The notes: generated by a model from the sequence alone, not told the origin. A stretch of 64,000 nt of DNA from an uncultured candidate division Zixibacteria bacterium (GCA_963801605.1 CAWDFP010000007.1:160001-224000), one strand, 5' to 3'; shown: positions 50,807 through 61,448, numbered from the stretch's first letter. Translations and numbers: made by a program.

Positions 50807-53800
50807 ATGGAGGGTCCCAAATTGCGTTTAGGCCTGGATATCGGCTCTGTATCATTATACCTGATCGTTTTAGATGACAATGATTCGGTTATAAAATCCT
50901 ATTATATCCGCCACAAAGGCGATCCCATTGGATGCGCGCAAAGCGCTATAATTCAGGCATCCAACGAATTTGGCGAATTTAAGTACTGTGGTTTTACCGG
51001 CAACGGCGCGCTACAGCTTGCCAGGATAATGGAAGCTCCGTTCCTCAACGAATTTTCCGCTATCAGCGCTGCAGTCGCGAAACTGATACCATCGGCTCGC
51101 ACCATATTCGAAATGGGCGGGCAGCAAGCGAAATATATTCATCTGGCATCCGATTCCGCAGGAAATGCAACCTCTCTCGATGATTTTGCGGCCAGCGGCC
51201 TTTGCGCAGCGGGCACGGGCTCATTTCTGGATCAACAAGCCACTCGAATTGGAATTGATATCGAAACGGAGTTTGGCCAATTGGCAGTTCAGTCGGTTAA
51301 TCCCCCGCATATTGCCGGACGGTGTTCCGTTTTTGCCAAATCAGATATGATTCACCATCAGCAGCGCGGCGTACCGGTGCAGGACATTATCGCCGGTTTA
51401 TGTTATGCTGTAGCCAGAAATTTTAAGGGTACGATAGCAAAATCAAAGAGACTTGATAAGCCCGTCGTATTCCTGGGCGGTGTGGCCTCGAATCCGGGAG
51501 TGGTCAAGGCGTTTACGGATGTCTTCGAGTTGACTGAAGGCGAGCTAATTGTTCCTGAATGGCATAAATTTGCCGGAGCGATCGGCGCGGCGAGTTTAGC
51601 CCGGGAATACAGCCTCGAAATTAATCAATTCAATGAGAAATGCCGTGAAGCCAGCTTATTGTCAGCATCGGGAATGCCGCGTACCACTGCCCTATCCTAT
51701 CTCTTTCCTGAGACCAAAAGCTATGATAAAACTCTTCGCGAGGAAAAACCTCGAAGCGACGTTAAAGCGGGATTTCTGGGAATCGATATCGGTTCACTTT
51801 CTACCAACGTAGTTTTAATAGACGAAAATTGTGAGGTCGTTTCTCGTCGGTATCTGATGACCGCGGGCCGTCCAATAGAGGCTATGCAGCGCGGTCTGCG
51901 CGAAATCCGCGAGGAAATTGCGCCTGATTTCGAAGTGCTGGGAGTTGCTACCACAGGATCGGGACGATATCTCATCGGAGAGCTGGTCGGAGCCGATATT
52001 ATCCGCAACGAAATAACCGCTCAGGCTACCGGGGGTGCTTATTTCGTACCTGACGCTGATACCATTTTCGAAATCGGCGGACAGGATTCGAAATATATCA
52101 GCCTCGATAACGGGGTGGTGGTCGATTTCGAAATGAACCGAGCCTGCGCGGCGGGTACTGGATCATTTTTGGAGGAGCAAGCCGAAAGATTAGCAATCAA
52201 TATTAAAAAACAGTTTGCGGATTTGGCTTTCAGCGCCCCCAAGCCGGTTTCCTGCGGCGAGCGATGTACTGTATTTATGGAGTCCGATCTGGTTCGCTAT
52301 GAACAAGGCGGAGCGTCAAAAGAGGAGATCACCGCGGGACTGGCGCTGGCTGTGGTTCATAATTATCTCAATAAGGTCGTTGGGCGGAAAAGGGTTGGAA
52401 ATAAGATTCTGTTTCAGGGCGGCGTCGCCTGGAATAAGGCGGTAGTGGCAGCTTTTGAGACTGTGGTCGGTAAGGAAATCATGGTACCGCCGCATCATGA
52501 TATAACCGGAGCCATTGGCGCCGCGATCCTGGTCAGAAATGTCAAGCCTGCGAAAACAAATTTCAAGGGATTCGATCTGGCGCTCAGAAAAATCGCGCAG
52601 GAAACATTTCGATGCGAAGACTGCGCCAATATGTGCAATATCACTCGCGTGATCGACAGCGGGCGGGAGCTTTATTATGGATCGCGCTGCGAGAAATATG
52701 ACGCTGAGGGAAGCGCTAAGGGAACGGCCATTAATTCGGTTATTATTCGAAATCGCAAATTTTTCGCATCACCCGGCAAAACCGAAAAGTCTCGTCCCCT
52801 GACCGTCGGTCTCCCCAGAGCGCTCGCCAATTGGGAATATTATTATTTCTGGCGAAGATTTTTCGGTGAATTGGGAATCAAGGTACTAATCTCCAAAGCC
52901 AGCGCCGGCGAGGTTATTCAGGAAGGCGTTGAATCGGTTGGCTCGGAAACATGTTTCCCGGTAAAGGTGGCGCATGGACATCTTATAGATATAGCCAAAC
53001 GAAAGCTCGATTTTATCTTTCTGCCATCGATTATTACTGGCGTGGAAAATCCTCCCAAAGGAACCAATAATTATTATTGCCCGTATATCCAGGCATTTCC
53101 TTTTATCGCGGCGGCCTCGATCCGAGATCTTCAGGACAAAGATATAGTCTCCCCTGTTATCAGATTCGGCGAGGGGCTGGAGGCAGTGACCAGGGTTCTG
53201 TTCGCGGCGCTTAAGAAATATGAACTTACTGAAAAAGAAATTAGAAACGCCCTCGATAGCGCCATGCGGAAATTCGATGAATTCAAAAGAGAATTGATTG
53301 AATCTGGTAAGGAATATCTATCGACAATTTCCCATGATAGGCCGGGCATTCTTTTGATCGGACGGCCCTACAACAGCCTCGATCCGGGCGTCTCGATGGA
53401 TATTGCCAAAAAACTAACCGATCTGGGCGTGACAGTCATTCCCATGGAGATGGCGCCCGTATTCGCGGACGATTTTGGTTTTGTCTACTGGCAAAGCGGT
53501 CGCCGGATTTTACGAGCCGCCAAGTTTGCCAGGCAGACTCCAAATTTATATCCTGTCTATATCAGTAATTTTGGCTGCGGACCTGATTCCTTTATTCTGC
53601 ATCATTTCAAGCGCATCATGGGAGACAAACCGCATCTGATACTTGAGCTGGATGAACATTCAGCCGATGCCGGCCTCGTTACCCGTTGCGAAGCATTTCT
53701 TGATAGCCTGCCAAAGGGCGACAAAGCATTCCCGGCGCCGGAGCTTCAGCTTCACTCCAATGGCTACAAGCGTAAGCTCCTGATTCCACGCATGTGCGAT

Positions 53801-55000
53801 CATGCTAATCTATTCTCAGCAGCGTTACGCCGTTGCGGCCTCGATTCAGAGGTACTGGCGGAAACCGATTCCAGATCCCTTGAACTTGGTAGAAAGAATA
53901 CCGGAGGACGCGAATGCTATCCGGCGGTTTTAACCACCGGCGATCTGCTTCGCGAGCTTGAAAGACCGGGCGTTGATCCCAATAAGATCGCCTTCTTTAT
54001 GCCGACTTCCGGCGGGCCATGCCGTTTCGGGCAATATCAGCAGCTTCACCAACAGATATTGGAAAACCTGGGGTATGGTGATGTACCAGTTTATTCACCA
54101 ACATCCGATAATTCCTACGGCACATTTCCGGAAACTGACAAATCGTTCCGCAGGCTGGCCTGGCGGGGATTTCTGACCGCGGATTATATCAGAAAATTCC
54201 TGCTTCGGACCAGGCCATACGAAAACAATCCGGGAGCCGCGGATCAGATTTATCAGCGTTATATGGACGAGGCTACTCGCGATATCGAACTCGGAGGAAC
54301 TCATCTTCCGGAAATTATTCAAGCCTGTTATCAGGCCAACCAGAATATTATTGATTCTGGTATTAAGAAAAAGCCTCGGGTCGGAGTGATCGGCGAGATT
54401 TATATTCGCAATAATCCCTTTTCCAATAATCATCTGTTAGAAAAACTCGAATCGCAGGGGCTTGAAGCCGATATCGCCAGTTTCTCGGAGTGGATTCATT
54501 ATACCACCGAGGAATATAAAACGGAGTCATGGAGAAAGCGCTCCTGGCGGGGAATGCTCAGCGCCACCATTAAAGCTTATATTCAAAAAAGAGATGAGCA
54601 CTGGGTTATAAGTAATGTTATTGATGAACTTAACGGCGATCGGGAACATCCTATAAGGGAGGTGCTTGGGTATGCCGGGCCATATTTGCCCATCTCAGTT
54701 GGCGGTGAGGCAATGCCCGCTATAGGCAAAGCGATCGACTTGATCAAGCATGGTTGCGTCGGGATAGTCAACACGCTTCCCTTTACCTGTATGCCGGGTA
54801 ATATTATCAATGCCATCTCGTCAAAAATAACCCGCGATTTTAATAATATCCCCTGGCTTAATATGGCTTACGAGGGCGCCTCCGGAGAAAACGATTTAGT
54901 ACGAATTGGGGCGTTTGCAGAGAGCGTCAAATCATGGGCGGCACTCAATTCCTCCGATGAAAAGCTAAAAGATGCCGAATTCTCTAAATTAAGGCGATAG
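50807..55000 (+). CDS. CoA-substrate-specific enzyme activase fusion (2-hydroxyacyl-CoA dehydratase activator / DUF2229)
   Basis: Two ASKHA modules (GLDIGS/GIDIGS, CAAGTGSFL, RCSVF/RCTVF) plus CFPVK, FGCGPDS, CYPA, PFTCMP. Confidence 0.9.
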   Translation: MEGPKLRLGLDIGSVSLYLIVLDDNDSVIKSYYIRHKGDPIGCAQSAIIQASNEFGEFKYCGFTGNGALQLARIMEAPFLNEFSAISAAVAKLIPSARTIFEMGGQQAKYIHLASDSAGNATSLDDFAASGLCAAGTGSFLDQQATRIGIDIETEFGQLAVQSVNPPHIAGRCSVFAKSDMIHHQQRGVPVQDIIAGLCYAVARNFKGTIAKSKRLDKPVVFLGGVASNPGVVKAFTDVFELTEGELIVPEWHKFAGAIGAASLAREYSLEINQFNEKCREASLLSASGMPRTTALSYLFPETKSYDKTLREEKPRSDVKAGFLGIDIGSLSTNVVLIDENCEVVSRRYLMTAGRPIEAMQRGLREIREEIAPDFEVLGVATTGSGRYLIGELVGADIIRNEITAQATGGAYFVPDADTIFEIGGQDSKYISLDNGVVVDFEMNRACAAGTGSFLEEQAERLAINIKKQFADLAFSAPKPVSCGERCTVFMESDLVRYEQGGASKEEITAGLALAVVHNYLNKVVGRKRVGNKILFQGGVAWNKAVVAAFETVVGKEIMVPPHHDITGAIGAAILVRNVKPAKTNFKGFDLALRKIAQETFRCEDCANMCNITRVIDSGRELYYGSRCEKYDAEGSAKGTAINSVIIRNRKFFASPGKTEKSRPLTVGLPRALANWEYYYFWRRFFGELGIKVLISKASAGEVIQEGVESVGSETCFPVKVAHGHLIDIAKRKLDFIFLPSIITGVENPPKGTNNYYCPYIQAFPFIAAASIRDLQDKDIVSPVIRFGEGLEAVTRVLFAALKKYELTEKEIRNALDSAMRKFDEFKRELIESGKEYLSTISHDRPGILLIGRPYNSLDPGVSMDIAKKLTDLGVTVIPMEMAPVFADDFGFVYWQSGRRILRAAKFARQTPNLYPVYISNFGCGPDSFILHHFKRIMGDKPHLILELDEHSADAGLVTRCEAFLDSLPKGDKAFPAPELQLHSNGYKRKLLIPRMCDHANLFSAALRRCGLDSEVLAETDSRSLELGRKNTGGRECYPAVLTTGDLLRELERPGVDPNKIAFFMPTSGGPCRFGQYQQLHQQILENLGYGDVPVYSPTSDNSYGTFPETDKSFRRLAWRGFLTADYIRKFLLRTRPYENNPGAADQIYQRYMDEATRDIELGGTHLPEIIQACYQANQNIIDSGIKKKPRVGVIGEIYIRNNPFSNNHLLEKLESQGLEADIASFSEWIHYTTEEYKTESWRKRSWRGMLSATIKAYIQKRDEHWVISNVIDELNGDREHPIREVLGYAGPYLPISVGGEAMPAIGKAIDLIKHGCVGIVNTLPFTCMPGNIINAISSKITRDFNNIPWLNMAYEGASGENDLVRIGAFAESVKSWAALNSSDEKLKDAEFSKLRR

Positions 55001-55016
55001 AATAATTTTTAGAATT

Positions 55017-55052
55017 AAAAAAAAGGCGGCACTATTACGGTTGCCGCCTTAA
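55017..55052. terminator. Terminator between convergent activase and rocD
   Basis: A-run, then AAGGCGGCA...TGCCGCCTT. Confidence 0.75.
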
Positions 55053-55077
55053 TTGTTTTCGAATTTACCAATAATAA

Positions 55078-56361
55078 CTAATCTACCAATACCTTCTCAA
55101 GCCGTTCCAGCAGATAATCGCACTCATCATTATTGATGATGAGCGGAGGCGATATCCTGATTGTATGGCCGTGGCTATCGTTGGCAAGAACACCGAGATC
55201 GAGCAACTTGCGGCAATAAACCATGGCGTCACCGGCTTTAACTTCGATGCCAATAAACAAGCCTCTGCCCCGCACTTCTTTGACATGTGTCGAACGGCTG
55301 GCGATATCGAGAATTTTCTTTTTCAAAATTGCACCCTGCGAGGCAGACCGAGCGGGCAAATCCTCGTTGACTATTACATCGAGCGCGGCGTTGCCGGCTA
55401 CACATGCCAACGGATAACCGCCAAATGTCGAGCCGTCCTGACCGGGTTGGAAGCACATATCCATGATGGCAGTATTGGTGACGAATACGGAAACCGGCAC
55501 CAAGCCGCCTGCTATCGCTTTGCCAAGGATCAGACCATCGGGAACAACATTCTCATGCTGAAAACAAAACATCTTGCCGGTACGCCCAAGACCGACCTGG
55601 ATTTCATCGAATATCAACATTAAATCATTCTTGTCAGCAATCTCCCGTAAACCTTTTAGGAATCCCTCGGGAGGCATATACATGCCGCCCTCGCCCTGCA
55701 TTGGTTCGACTAATATACCGCAGGTATTCTTATTGACGGCTTTCTCGACGGCGCTGATATCGCCATATTCGACACTCACAAATCCCGGGGTTAAAGGGCC
55801 AAAACCGGTTTTGTATTTGGCGGTGGTGGAAAAGGAGATTATCGTAATCATGCGGCCATGGAAATTATTGTTGAAAACAATGATCTCCTGTTTGCCGTCG
55901 GGAATTCCCTTGGATTTATAACCGTAGAATCTGGCGCATTTGATGGCGGTTTCAACTGATTCGACTCCGCCATTTTTGGGAAGCACTTTGTTGCCATTAT
56001 TTCCAAAACGAGGGCCAAGTTGAGGAGTCAGGTCGGCAACCTTCTTGAGAAAAACGCCCAAGGCATCGGTATAGACCACATTGGAAATCACAGAGGCGTA
56101 ATTGCCCTCAAGCGCCTCGACCAAAGCCGCTACGATTTTGGGATGATGATGGCCGGCGTTGGCGGCGGAATAAGCAGCCAGGCAATCCAGGTATTCCTTA
56201 TCGTCCATACTCGTAAGCCAGCAACCCTTAGTTTTTCGCACCACCAAATTCAGCCGTCCATAATGATGGGCCCCATTAGTCTTCTCAAAATTGACGATAT
56301 CCTCGTCGGGAATATTTGAGAAGCCTATTTTTTCTGTATGCGCAATATTATAGTTTTTCAT
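55078..56361 (-). CDS. rocD: Ornithine--oxo-acid aminotransferase (class III)
   Basis: GAHHY, LAAYSA, NNFHGR, GFGPLTPGF, EPMQGEGG, DEIQVGLGRTG, GSTFGG. Confidence 0.85.
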   Translation of the reverse strand: MKNYNIAHTEKIGFSNIPDEDIVNFEKTNGAHHYGRLNLVVRKTKGCWLTSMDDKEYLDCLAAYSAANAGHHHPKIVAALVEALEGNYASVISNVVYTDALGVFLKKVADLTPQLGPRFGNNGNKVLPKNGGVESVETAIKCARFYGYKSKGIPDGKQEIIVFNNNFHGRMITIISFSTTAKYKTGFGPLTPGFVSVEYGDISAVEKAVNKNTCGILVEPMQGEGGMYMPPEGFLKGLREIADKNDLMLIFDEIQVGLGRTGKMFCFQHENVVPDGLILGKAIAGGLVPVSVFVTNTAIMDMCFQPGQDGSTFGGYPLACVAGNAALDVIVNEDLPARSASQGAILKKKILDIASRSTHVKEVRGRGLFIGIEVKAGDAMVYCRKLLDLGVLANDSHGHTIRISPPLIINNDECDYLLERLEKVLVD

Positions 56362-56430
56362 GGAAAACTCCTTTTATCGCTAAATTGAATACTGATTTTT
56401 CGGGAATTAATACAATGGGGACAGAAAAGC

Positions 56431-56523
56431 TTACAGCTGGCCTTTGAGGTAAATACGCCACATCATACGGCGTATTAAAAGCATCGAAACATCGCTATTT
56501 TTAGGTCTCCTCATCACGGACAT
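56431..56523 (-). CDS. Putative Arg-rich leader peptide of rocD
   Basis: MSVMRRPKNSDVSMLLIRRMMWRIYLKGQL*; lies between the promoter and rocD. Confidence 0.35.
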   Translation of the reverse strand: MSVMRRPKNSDVSMLLIRRMMWRIYLKGQL

Positions 56524-56552
56524 AACCTACTATCATTTAAGGGTTTTGTCAA
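56524..56552 (-). promoter_or_regulatory. Sigma-70-like promoter of the rocD leader
   Basis: TTGACA-N17-TAGGTT on the minus strand. Confidence 0.55.
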
Positions 56553-56757
56553 GGATTTTCGAGGCCGATTTGGATGCCATGGATGTTCTTTAGAGCCTCT
56601 CCCCTAATTAGAATACTGGAAATCCCGGGGATTTGTTTCACTTAAGAAGGATATCGATTTAAAGGTAAATTAATTAATGATTAGAGGAAAAACCGAGTGT
56701 TAAGGCATTTACTTAATTCACAGACTATGAAGTCCAGTCAAAACTAACCGGTCGAAT

Positions 56758-58101
56758 TTATATAGATTTAGTTTTCCATCGTCCGGTTCTAAACCAGATG
56801 AAGATGGCGATACCTTTTATAATTGTCGAGATGGTAATAGCCCAAAAGATGCCTGACGGCCCCATGCCCATTGGTATCGCCAGAAAATATGAAAGTGGAA
56901 TGCGCAAAAGCGTCCCCGGAATGGAGACAATCATAGGAGGAAGAGTGTTGCCAGCGCCCGCAAATGCGCCTTCGAGAACAAATTCCAGAGCCATGAAAAC
57001 CTGTGAGAATGCGATAATACGCAGATACGATCCGGCAATCTTGATGACTTCGGGATCTGTTGTCAATATCGCCGGGATTTTCTCTGAGAAAAAGAAAAAT
57101 GCCAGTCCAAATATAAATGTTATCGATGTTATTATACTCAGCGTTGTATAGGCCGCCTTGGTTGCTCGCTCCGGTTGCCTGGCGCCAAGGTTTTGCCCTA
57201 CCATGGTTGAGGCAGCAATATAGAAACCGAAACAGGTCATGTACGAAATCGATTCAGCCCGATTGCCAACCGGAATAGCGGCCACGGCCACTGTGCCGAA
57301 TTCGGACATGATCCGAGTCATGGCAAGATATACGAAAGCGAAATTGATCGACGCCAGCGATGTCGGCAGGCCGATTTTGACCATTTTCCAAATAATAGAA
57401 AAATCAATCTTACCCTTTATAGACGGCAGGATTCGAAATGGAATCTTCCCCTTGAGAACAAAATAGAATCCCAGGCCAAGCGCCAGCGTATGGGCAGTTG
57501 ATGTCGCGATAGCCGCTCCCATAGTCTCCAGGCGCGGAAATATCCAAATACCGTAGATAAGAAGAATATCTAAAACTATATTTGTCGCTACAGCGGTGAT
57601 CATAACGATCATCGGCGTGGTAGTATCACCTATGGCGCGAAAGATGGCGCCGATTGTCTCGGCAATAAATAATGATGGCGCCGCAAGGAATATTATTTGA
57701 AGATAGATTCGTCCCATGCGTTCGACATCGGGAGCTAAATTGAGCATATGATAAATATTGTGCGAAAAGATGACACCCAAAGCGCCAAATCCTACAGAGA
57801 ATATTGCCGCGAATTTGATTATATGTTTGGCTTTTTCCGAGGCAGCCTCAAGTTCACCGGCCCCATAATGTCGAGAGATCATTGCCACTGTGCCCACCGC
57901 GAAAACATCCATGAGTGAGAATATCAGCCAAACAACAAAACCAGCCGATCCGACCGCCGCCACTTGCGCCGCACCCAGATGTCCAACCAGCCCGGTATCG
58001 ATCAGGTTGTTTAGCACAATGGCAAACATCGAAAACAGCGCCGGGACTGCCAGCGCTACCACATGACGGGGGATTGACCCTTGTGTAAGATCTCGTGCCA
58101 T
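56758..58101 (-). CDS. MATE family efflux transporter
   Basis: DLTQGSI...LAVPA, RAIGDTTTPM, GQNLGA, GAGNT; about 12 TM segments. Confidence 0.93.
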   Translation of the reverse strand: MARDLTQGSIPRHVVALAVPALFSMFAIVLNNLIDTGLVGHLGAAQVAAVGSAGFVVWLIFSLMDVFAVGTVAMISRHYGAGELEAASEKAKHIIKFAAIFSVGFGALGVIFSHNIYHMLNLAPDVERMGRIYLQIIFLAAPSLFIAETIGAIFRAIGDTTTPMIVMITAVATNIVLDILLIYGIWIFPRLETMGAAIATSTAHTLALGLGFYFVLKGKIPFRILPSIKGKIDFSIIWKMVKIGLPTSLASINFAFVYLAMTRIMSEFGTVAVAAIPVGNRAESISYMTCFGFYIAASTMVGQNLGARQPERATKAAYTTLSIITSITFIFGLAFFFFSEKIPAILTTDPEVIKIAGSYLRIIAFSQVFMALEFVLEGAFAGAGNTLPPMIVSIPGTLLRIPLSYFLAIPMGMGPSGIFWAITISTIIKGIAIFIWFRTGRWKTKSI

Positions 58102-58234
58102 AATAAAATGCCCCGGCCATTCGGGCGGGGCGTTACCTCAAGATAGCAATACGTCAGTATAGGCGCAAGGTTTCTATGGAACTGCTGTAAATTTTCTATT
58201 GATCTAAATATTATAAATCTAAAATATTCCGCCT

Positions 58235-58384
58235 GGTGTCGGGTCTCCGCACCCGACACCTTAAGCGATCAGCTTCGGAGTCCTGAGCGCACAGGATTTT
58301 CGGGGCGGCCGAGGAGGGCTGCCATCCAAAACGCTTACAGGGTAACATGCTTATCCCGTCTTCGACGGGACAAGCATGCCACCC
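58235..58384. repeat. Cluster of GC-rich palindromes (REP-like or structured RNA)
   Basis: GGTGTCGGGT/ACCCGACACC perfect 10-bp stem; near-perfect 21-bp stem at 58340-58384; smaller stems in between. Confidence 0.6.
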
Positions 58385-58399
58385 AGGTTTTCGTAGGTG

Positions 58400-59016
58400 C
58401 TACAAATTCAAGAAATATGTTGAGACCGGATGAAAGCTTTTACGATGAATAGGACAAGGTCCTAAGCGCAGGAGATTAGCCAAATGCTCTTCGGTGCCAT
58501 ATCCCTTGTGTTTCGCGAAACCATATTCGGGATACTGCTCACTGAATTTGCACATTAACTCGTCTCGATGAGTCTTAGCGAGAATCGAGGCTGCCGCTAT
58601 GCAGGCTTCCGATCTATCGCCTCCGATAATGGCCCGCTGCTCATAAATCAAATCTGGTATTTTCATGTGGCCATCGACAAGAATAAGTTCGGGTTCAATT
58701 CCCAACCCGGCAATAGCCTGACGCATCGCCAGAAATGTCGCTTGAAGGATATTGATCTTATCGACAGTCTCAGGATCAACGACGCCTATGCCCCACCGGC
58801 ACGATGAGTTGATTATTCGGCGCGTTGAAATTCGCGCTGCCTGGGAGTCAGTCGTTTGGAATCATCGATACCTTCAGTCGAAAAATCTGAACTCAAGATA
58901 ACAGCCGCCGCTACAACCGGACCAGCCAATGGTCCCCGACCGGCCTCATCCACTCCGCAAATCAAGCCGGATCGCCTTCCGGGATGATTTTTCTTTTGGC
59001 CGGACTTTTCGAGCAT
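58400..59016 (-). CDS. rnhB: Ribonuclease HII (frameshift near 58815)
   Basis: [39 protein letters not shown]. Confidence 0.93.
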
Positions 59017-59098
59017 TGCTGGAATTCCTAACTCCTGATAATTGCCTGAGTAATATGCCTGAGGATTATTTTATAATGAGAAGCCGTTATATTTCACC

Positions 59099-59164
59099 AA
59101 AAAAAAGTGAGGACTGAGAATTAATTTTCCCCAGTCCTCAGCACTCAGTCCTCAGTCCTGACTA
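59099..59164 (-). repeat. Heptamer array hairpin and U-tract after rplS (terminator-like)
   Basis: Minus strand TAGTCAG GACTGAG GACTGAG TGCTGAG GACTGGG ... CTCAGTC CTCAC TTTTTTTT. Confidence 0.85.
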
Positions 59165-59509
59165 TTCTTCCCGTTTTTCGTCGATACGAGCTTTCTTGCC
59201 TTTGAGGTCGCGAAGATAATAAAGTTTGGCCCGTTTAACTCGACCCTGCTTAATCAACTCAATCTTGGCGACATTAGGCGAGTGTAATGGAAATACTCTT
59301 TCCACTCCAACGCCCGCAGATACCTTGCGCACCGTAAAAGCCTGCGAAATACCGCTTCCGCCTCTGGCAATGACTGTACCCTGGAAGATCTGAATTCTCT
59401 CTTTATCGCCTTCCTTGATCTTAACATGAACCCTGATGGTGTCTCCCGGGGAGAACTCAGGGATATCGGATTTGCGATATTTTGTCTCAAGCGCCTTTAG
59501 AAGCGACAT
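59162..59509 (-). CDS. rplS: 50S ribosomal protein bL19
   Basis: [45 protein letters not shown]. Confidence 0.99.
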   Translation of the reverse strand: MSLLKALETKYRKSDIPEFSPGDTIRVHVKIKEGDKERIQIFQGTVIARGGSGISQAFTVRKVSAGVGVERVFPLHSPNVAKIELIKQGRVKRAKLYYLRDLKGKKARIDEKREE

Positions 59510-59523
59510 AACACTACTCCTCT

Positions 59524-60246
59524 TTATTTAACGTATTCGTTCAATATCTTTGCTTCTTCACCATTAAGTTCCCTGCCAATCAACATATCAGGGCGCTTGG
59601 TCTTGGTGCGCCAGATGGCGTTACCCAGCCGCCAACGGCGAATATTCTCATGATGTCCCGATATCAGCACCTCGGGAACCCGGTGCCCCTCGAAAACCTC
59701 GGGTCTGGTATATTCCTCAGCCCCCAGAAATCCCGAATAATGCGAATCCTCGGCGGCCGAGCCAAAGTCCTTGAGAGTTCCCGGCAAAAGCCGCAATATT
59801 GCGTCGGCCATAACAATCGCGGCATATTCGCCGCCGGTGAGGACATAGTCTCCAATCGAGACTTCCCTTAAATGTGCAATCTCAATAGCCCGCTGGTCAA
59901 CACCTTTGTAATGCCCGCAGACGATTATTATCCATTCTTTCCCGGAAAATTCTTTGGCCATTTGTTGGTCAAATAGATCGCCTCCGGCTGACGTAATCAA
60001 CCTGACGGCTTTTTCATCGGGATCGATCTTTCTGACTGCTTCAATTATCGGCTCCGGTTTTAAAACCATCCCCGGTCCGCCGCCGTAGGGAATATCATCT
60101 ACGACCTTGTGTTTATCGGATGTAAAATCACGTAGATCGTGTACCTTAATATCAAAAATGCCATTTTCGCGGCCACGTCCGATCAGGCTTTCCGAAAGTG
60201 GATAGTCAACCATATTGGGGAAGATTGTTATAATGTCGACTCTCAT
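59524..60246 (-). CDS. trmD: tRNA (guanine37-N1)-methyltransferase
   Basis: [31 protein letters not shown]. Confidence 0.98.
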   Translation of the reverse strand: MRVDIITIFPNMVDYPLSESLIGRGRENGIFDIKVHDLRDFTSDKHKVVDDIPYGGGPGMVLKPEPIIEAVRKIDPDEKAVRLITSAGGDLFDQQMAKEFSGKEWIIIVCGHYKGVDQRAIEIAHLREVSIGDYVLTGGEYAAIVMADAILRLLPGTLKDFGSAAEDSHYSGFLGAEEYTRPEVFEGHRVPEVLISGHHENIRRWRLGNAIWRTKTKRPDMLIGRELNGEEAKILNEYVK

Positions 60247-60251
60247 AAATA

Positions 60252-60749
60252 CTAATATAAACCTTCGAGTTTTTTAATCACAATCCTTTTATTCTTTACA
60301 TCTACCGAAATTACTACTTGCTTAATAAGCGGAATTAAAATTTCCCCGCTCTCGCCAATTACACTTAAAACATCGTTTGCCGAGAGATAATCGATGCCTC
60401 TAACCTTGCCTAAGTGCTTGCCGTTCTCCTCGAATACATCGCAGCCTTCGAGCTGGTAATGATAATACTCCCCGTCTTCGAGACCGACCAGATCCTTTTC
60501 CTCGATCAGTACCTCTCCACCCTGCCAAAACTGGGCTGCCTTGTCATCGTCGATCCCAATCAGCTTAATTACGATACGCTCATGAATAAATTTGACCGAG
60601 TCGATGACGCAGTTTTGGCCGCTGTTATCCTTTTGAAGGGTAACCTCAATACCTGGTCGGAGACTTTGAGTGTTTGGCCGATAAGGAATGACCGCCAGCT
60701 CTCCTCTGAACCCTCGTGGCTTATTTATGTATGCCACAGAAATTTTCAT
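60252..60749 (-). CDS. rimM: Ribosome maturation factor RimM
   Basis: KPRGFRGEL, GEYYHYQLEG, ANDV, ILIP; operon context. Confidence 0.93.
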   Translation of the reverse strand: MKISVAYINKPRGFRGELAVIPYRPNTQSLRPGIEVTLQKDNSGQNCVIDSVKFIHERIVIKLIGIDDDKAAQFWQGGEVLIEEKDLVGLEDGEYYHYQLEGCDVFEENGKHLGKVRGIDYLSANDVLSVIGESGEILIPLIKQVVISVDVKNKRIVIKKLEGLY

Positions 60750-60786
60750 GCCGAAACTGGCGGTCCGACAAGACTCGTGAGCTGGT

Positions 60787-61017
60787 CTATTCCAATATCT
60801 CCAAAAGGGCTCGTTTGCCTTTTTTCGCCGAAACAGCCGAAATTAAAATCCGGATAGCCTTGGCCGTTTGCCCTTTTCTTCCAATAACCTTTCCCAGATC
60901 TTCTTGGAAAACGCGGAGTTCATAAACGGTCGTCTTTTCGCCCTCAACTTCAGCTACTTTAACGTCGTCAGGATGATCGACCAGTGCTCGTGCGATGAAT
61001 TCGATAAACTCCTTCAC
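60787..61017 (-). CDS. khpA: KH-domain RNA-binding protein KhpA
   Basis: [26 protein letters not shown]. Confidence 0.95.
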   Translation of the reverse strand: MKEFIEFIARALVDHPDDVKVAEVEGEKTTVYELRVFQEDLGKVIGRKGQTAKAIRILISAVSAKKGKRALLEILE

Positions 61018-61063
61018 ATTTCCTCCTTAGTTGAAATAGAATATGAGGCTCAATAGGAAACAG

Positions 61064-61408
61064 CTACTTGGCTGCCTTAGCCTTTCTCTTCTTTGTTCTT
61101 TCCGTGACAGTCGTTTTCAGTTCCAGTGCCGAAACGTCCTCACCTTTCTTTTTCCTGGTCCACTTTTCCAGGAGACCAGTTTCTTTTAACAACGAATTTA
61201 CCGTGTCGGATGTTTCAGCGCCCTTCTCCAACCAGGTAATTATTTTGTCCCCATCGAGGGTAACTTTGCCCGGTTTTTCCAATGGATGATAATACCCAAG
61301 TACCTCAATGAATCGTCCGTCCCGCGGATTGCGCGAATCGGTCGCTACCAGCCTGTAATATGGGCGATTCCTGGTTCCCATCCGACGTAATCTGATCGTA
61401 ACTGCCAC
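61064..61408 (-). CDS. rpsP: 30S ribosomal protein bS16
   Basis: VTIRLRRMG..RPYYRLVATDSRNPRDGRFIEVLGYYHP. Confidence 0.99.
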   Translation of the reverse strand: MAVTIRLRRMGTRNRPYYRLVATDSRNPRDGRFIEVLGYYHPLEKPGKVTLDGDKIITWLEKGAETSDTVNSLLKETGLLEKWTRKKKGEDVSALELKTTVTERTKKRKAKAAK

Positions 61409-61448
61409 TTGTCCTCCTGCTTGACCTTCCTTGAGAGGTCGGGATTGT

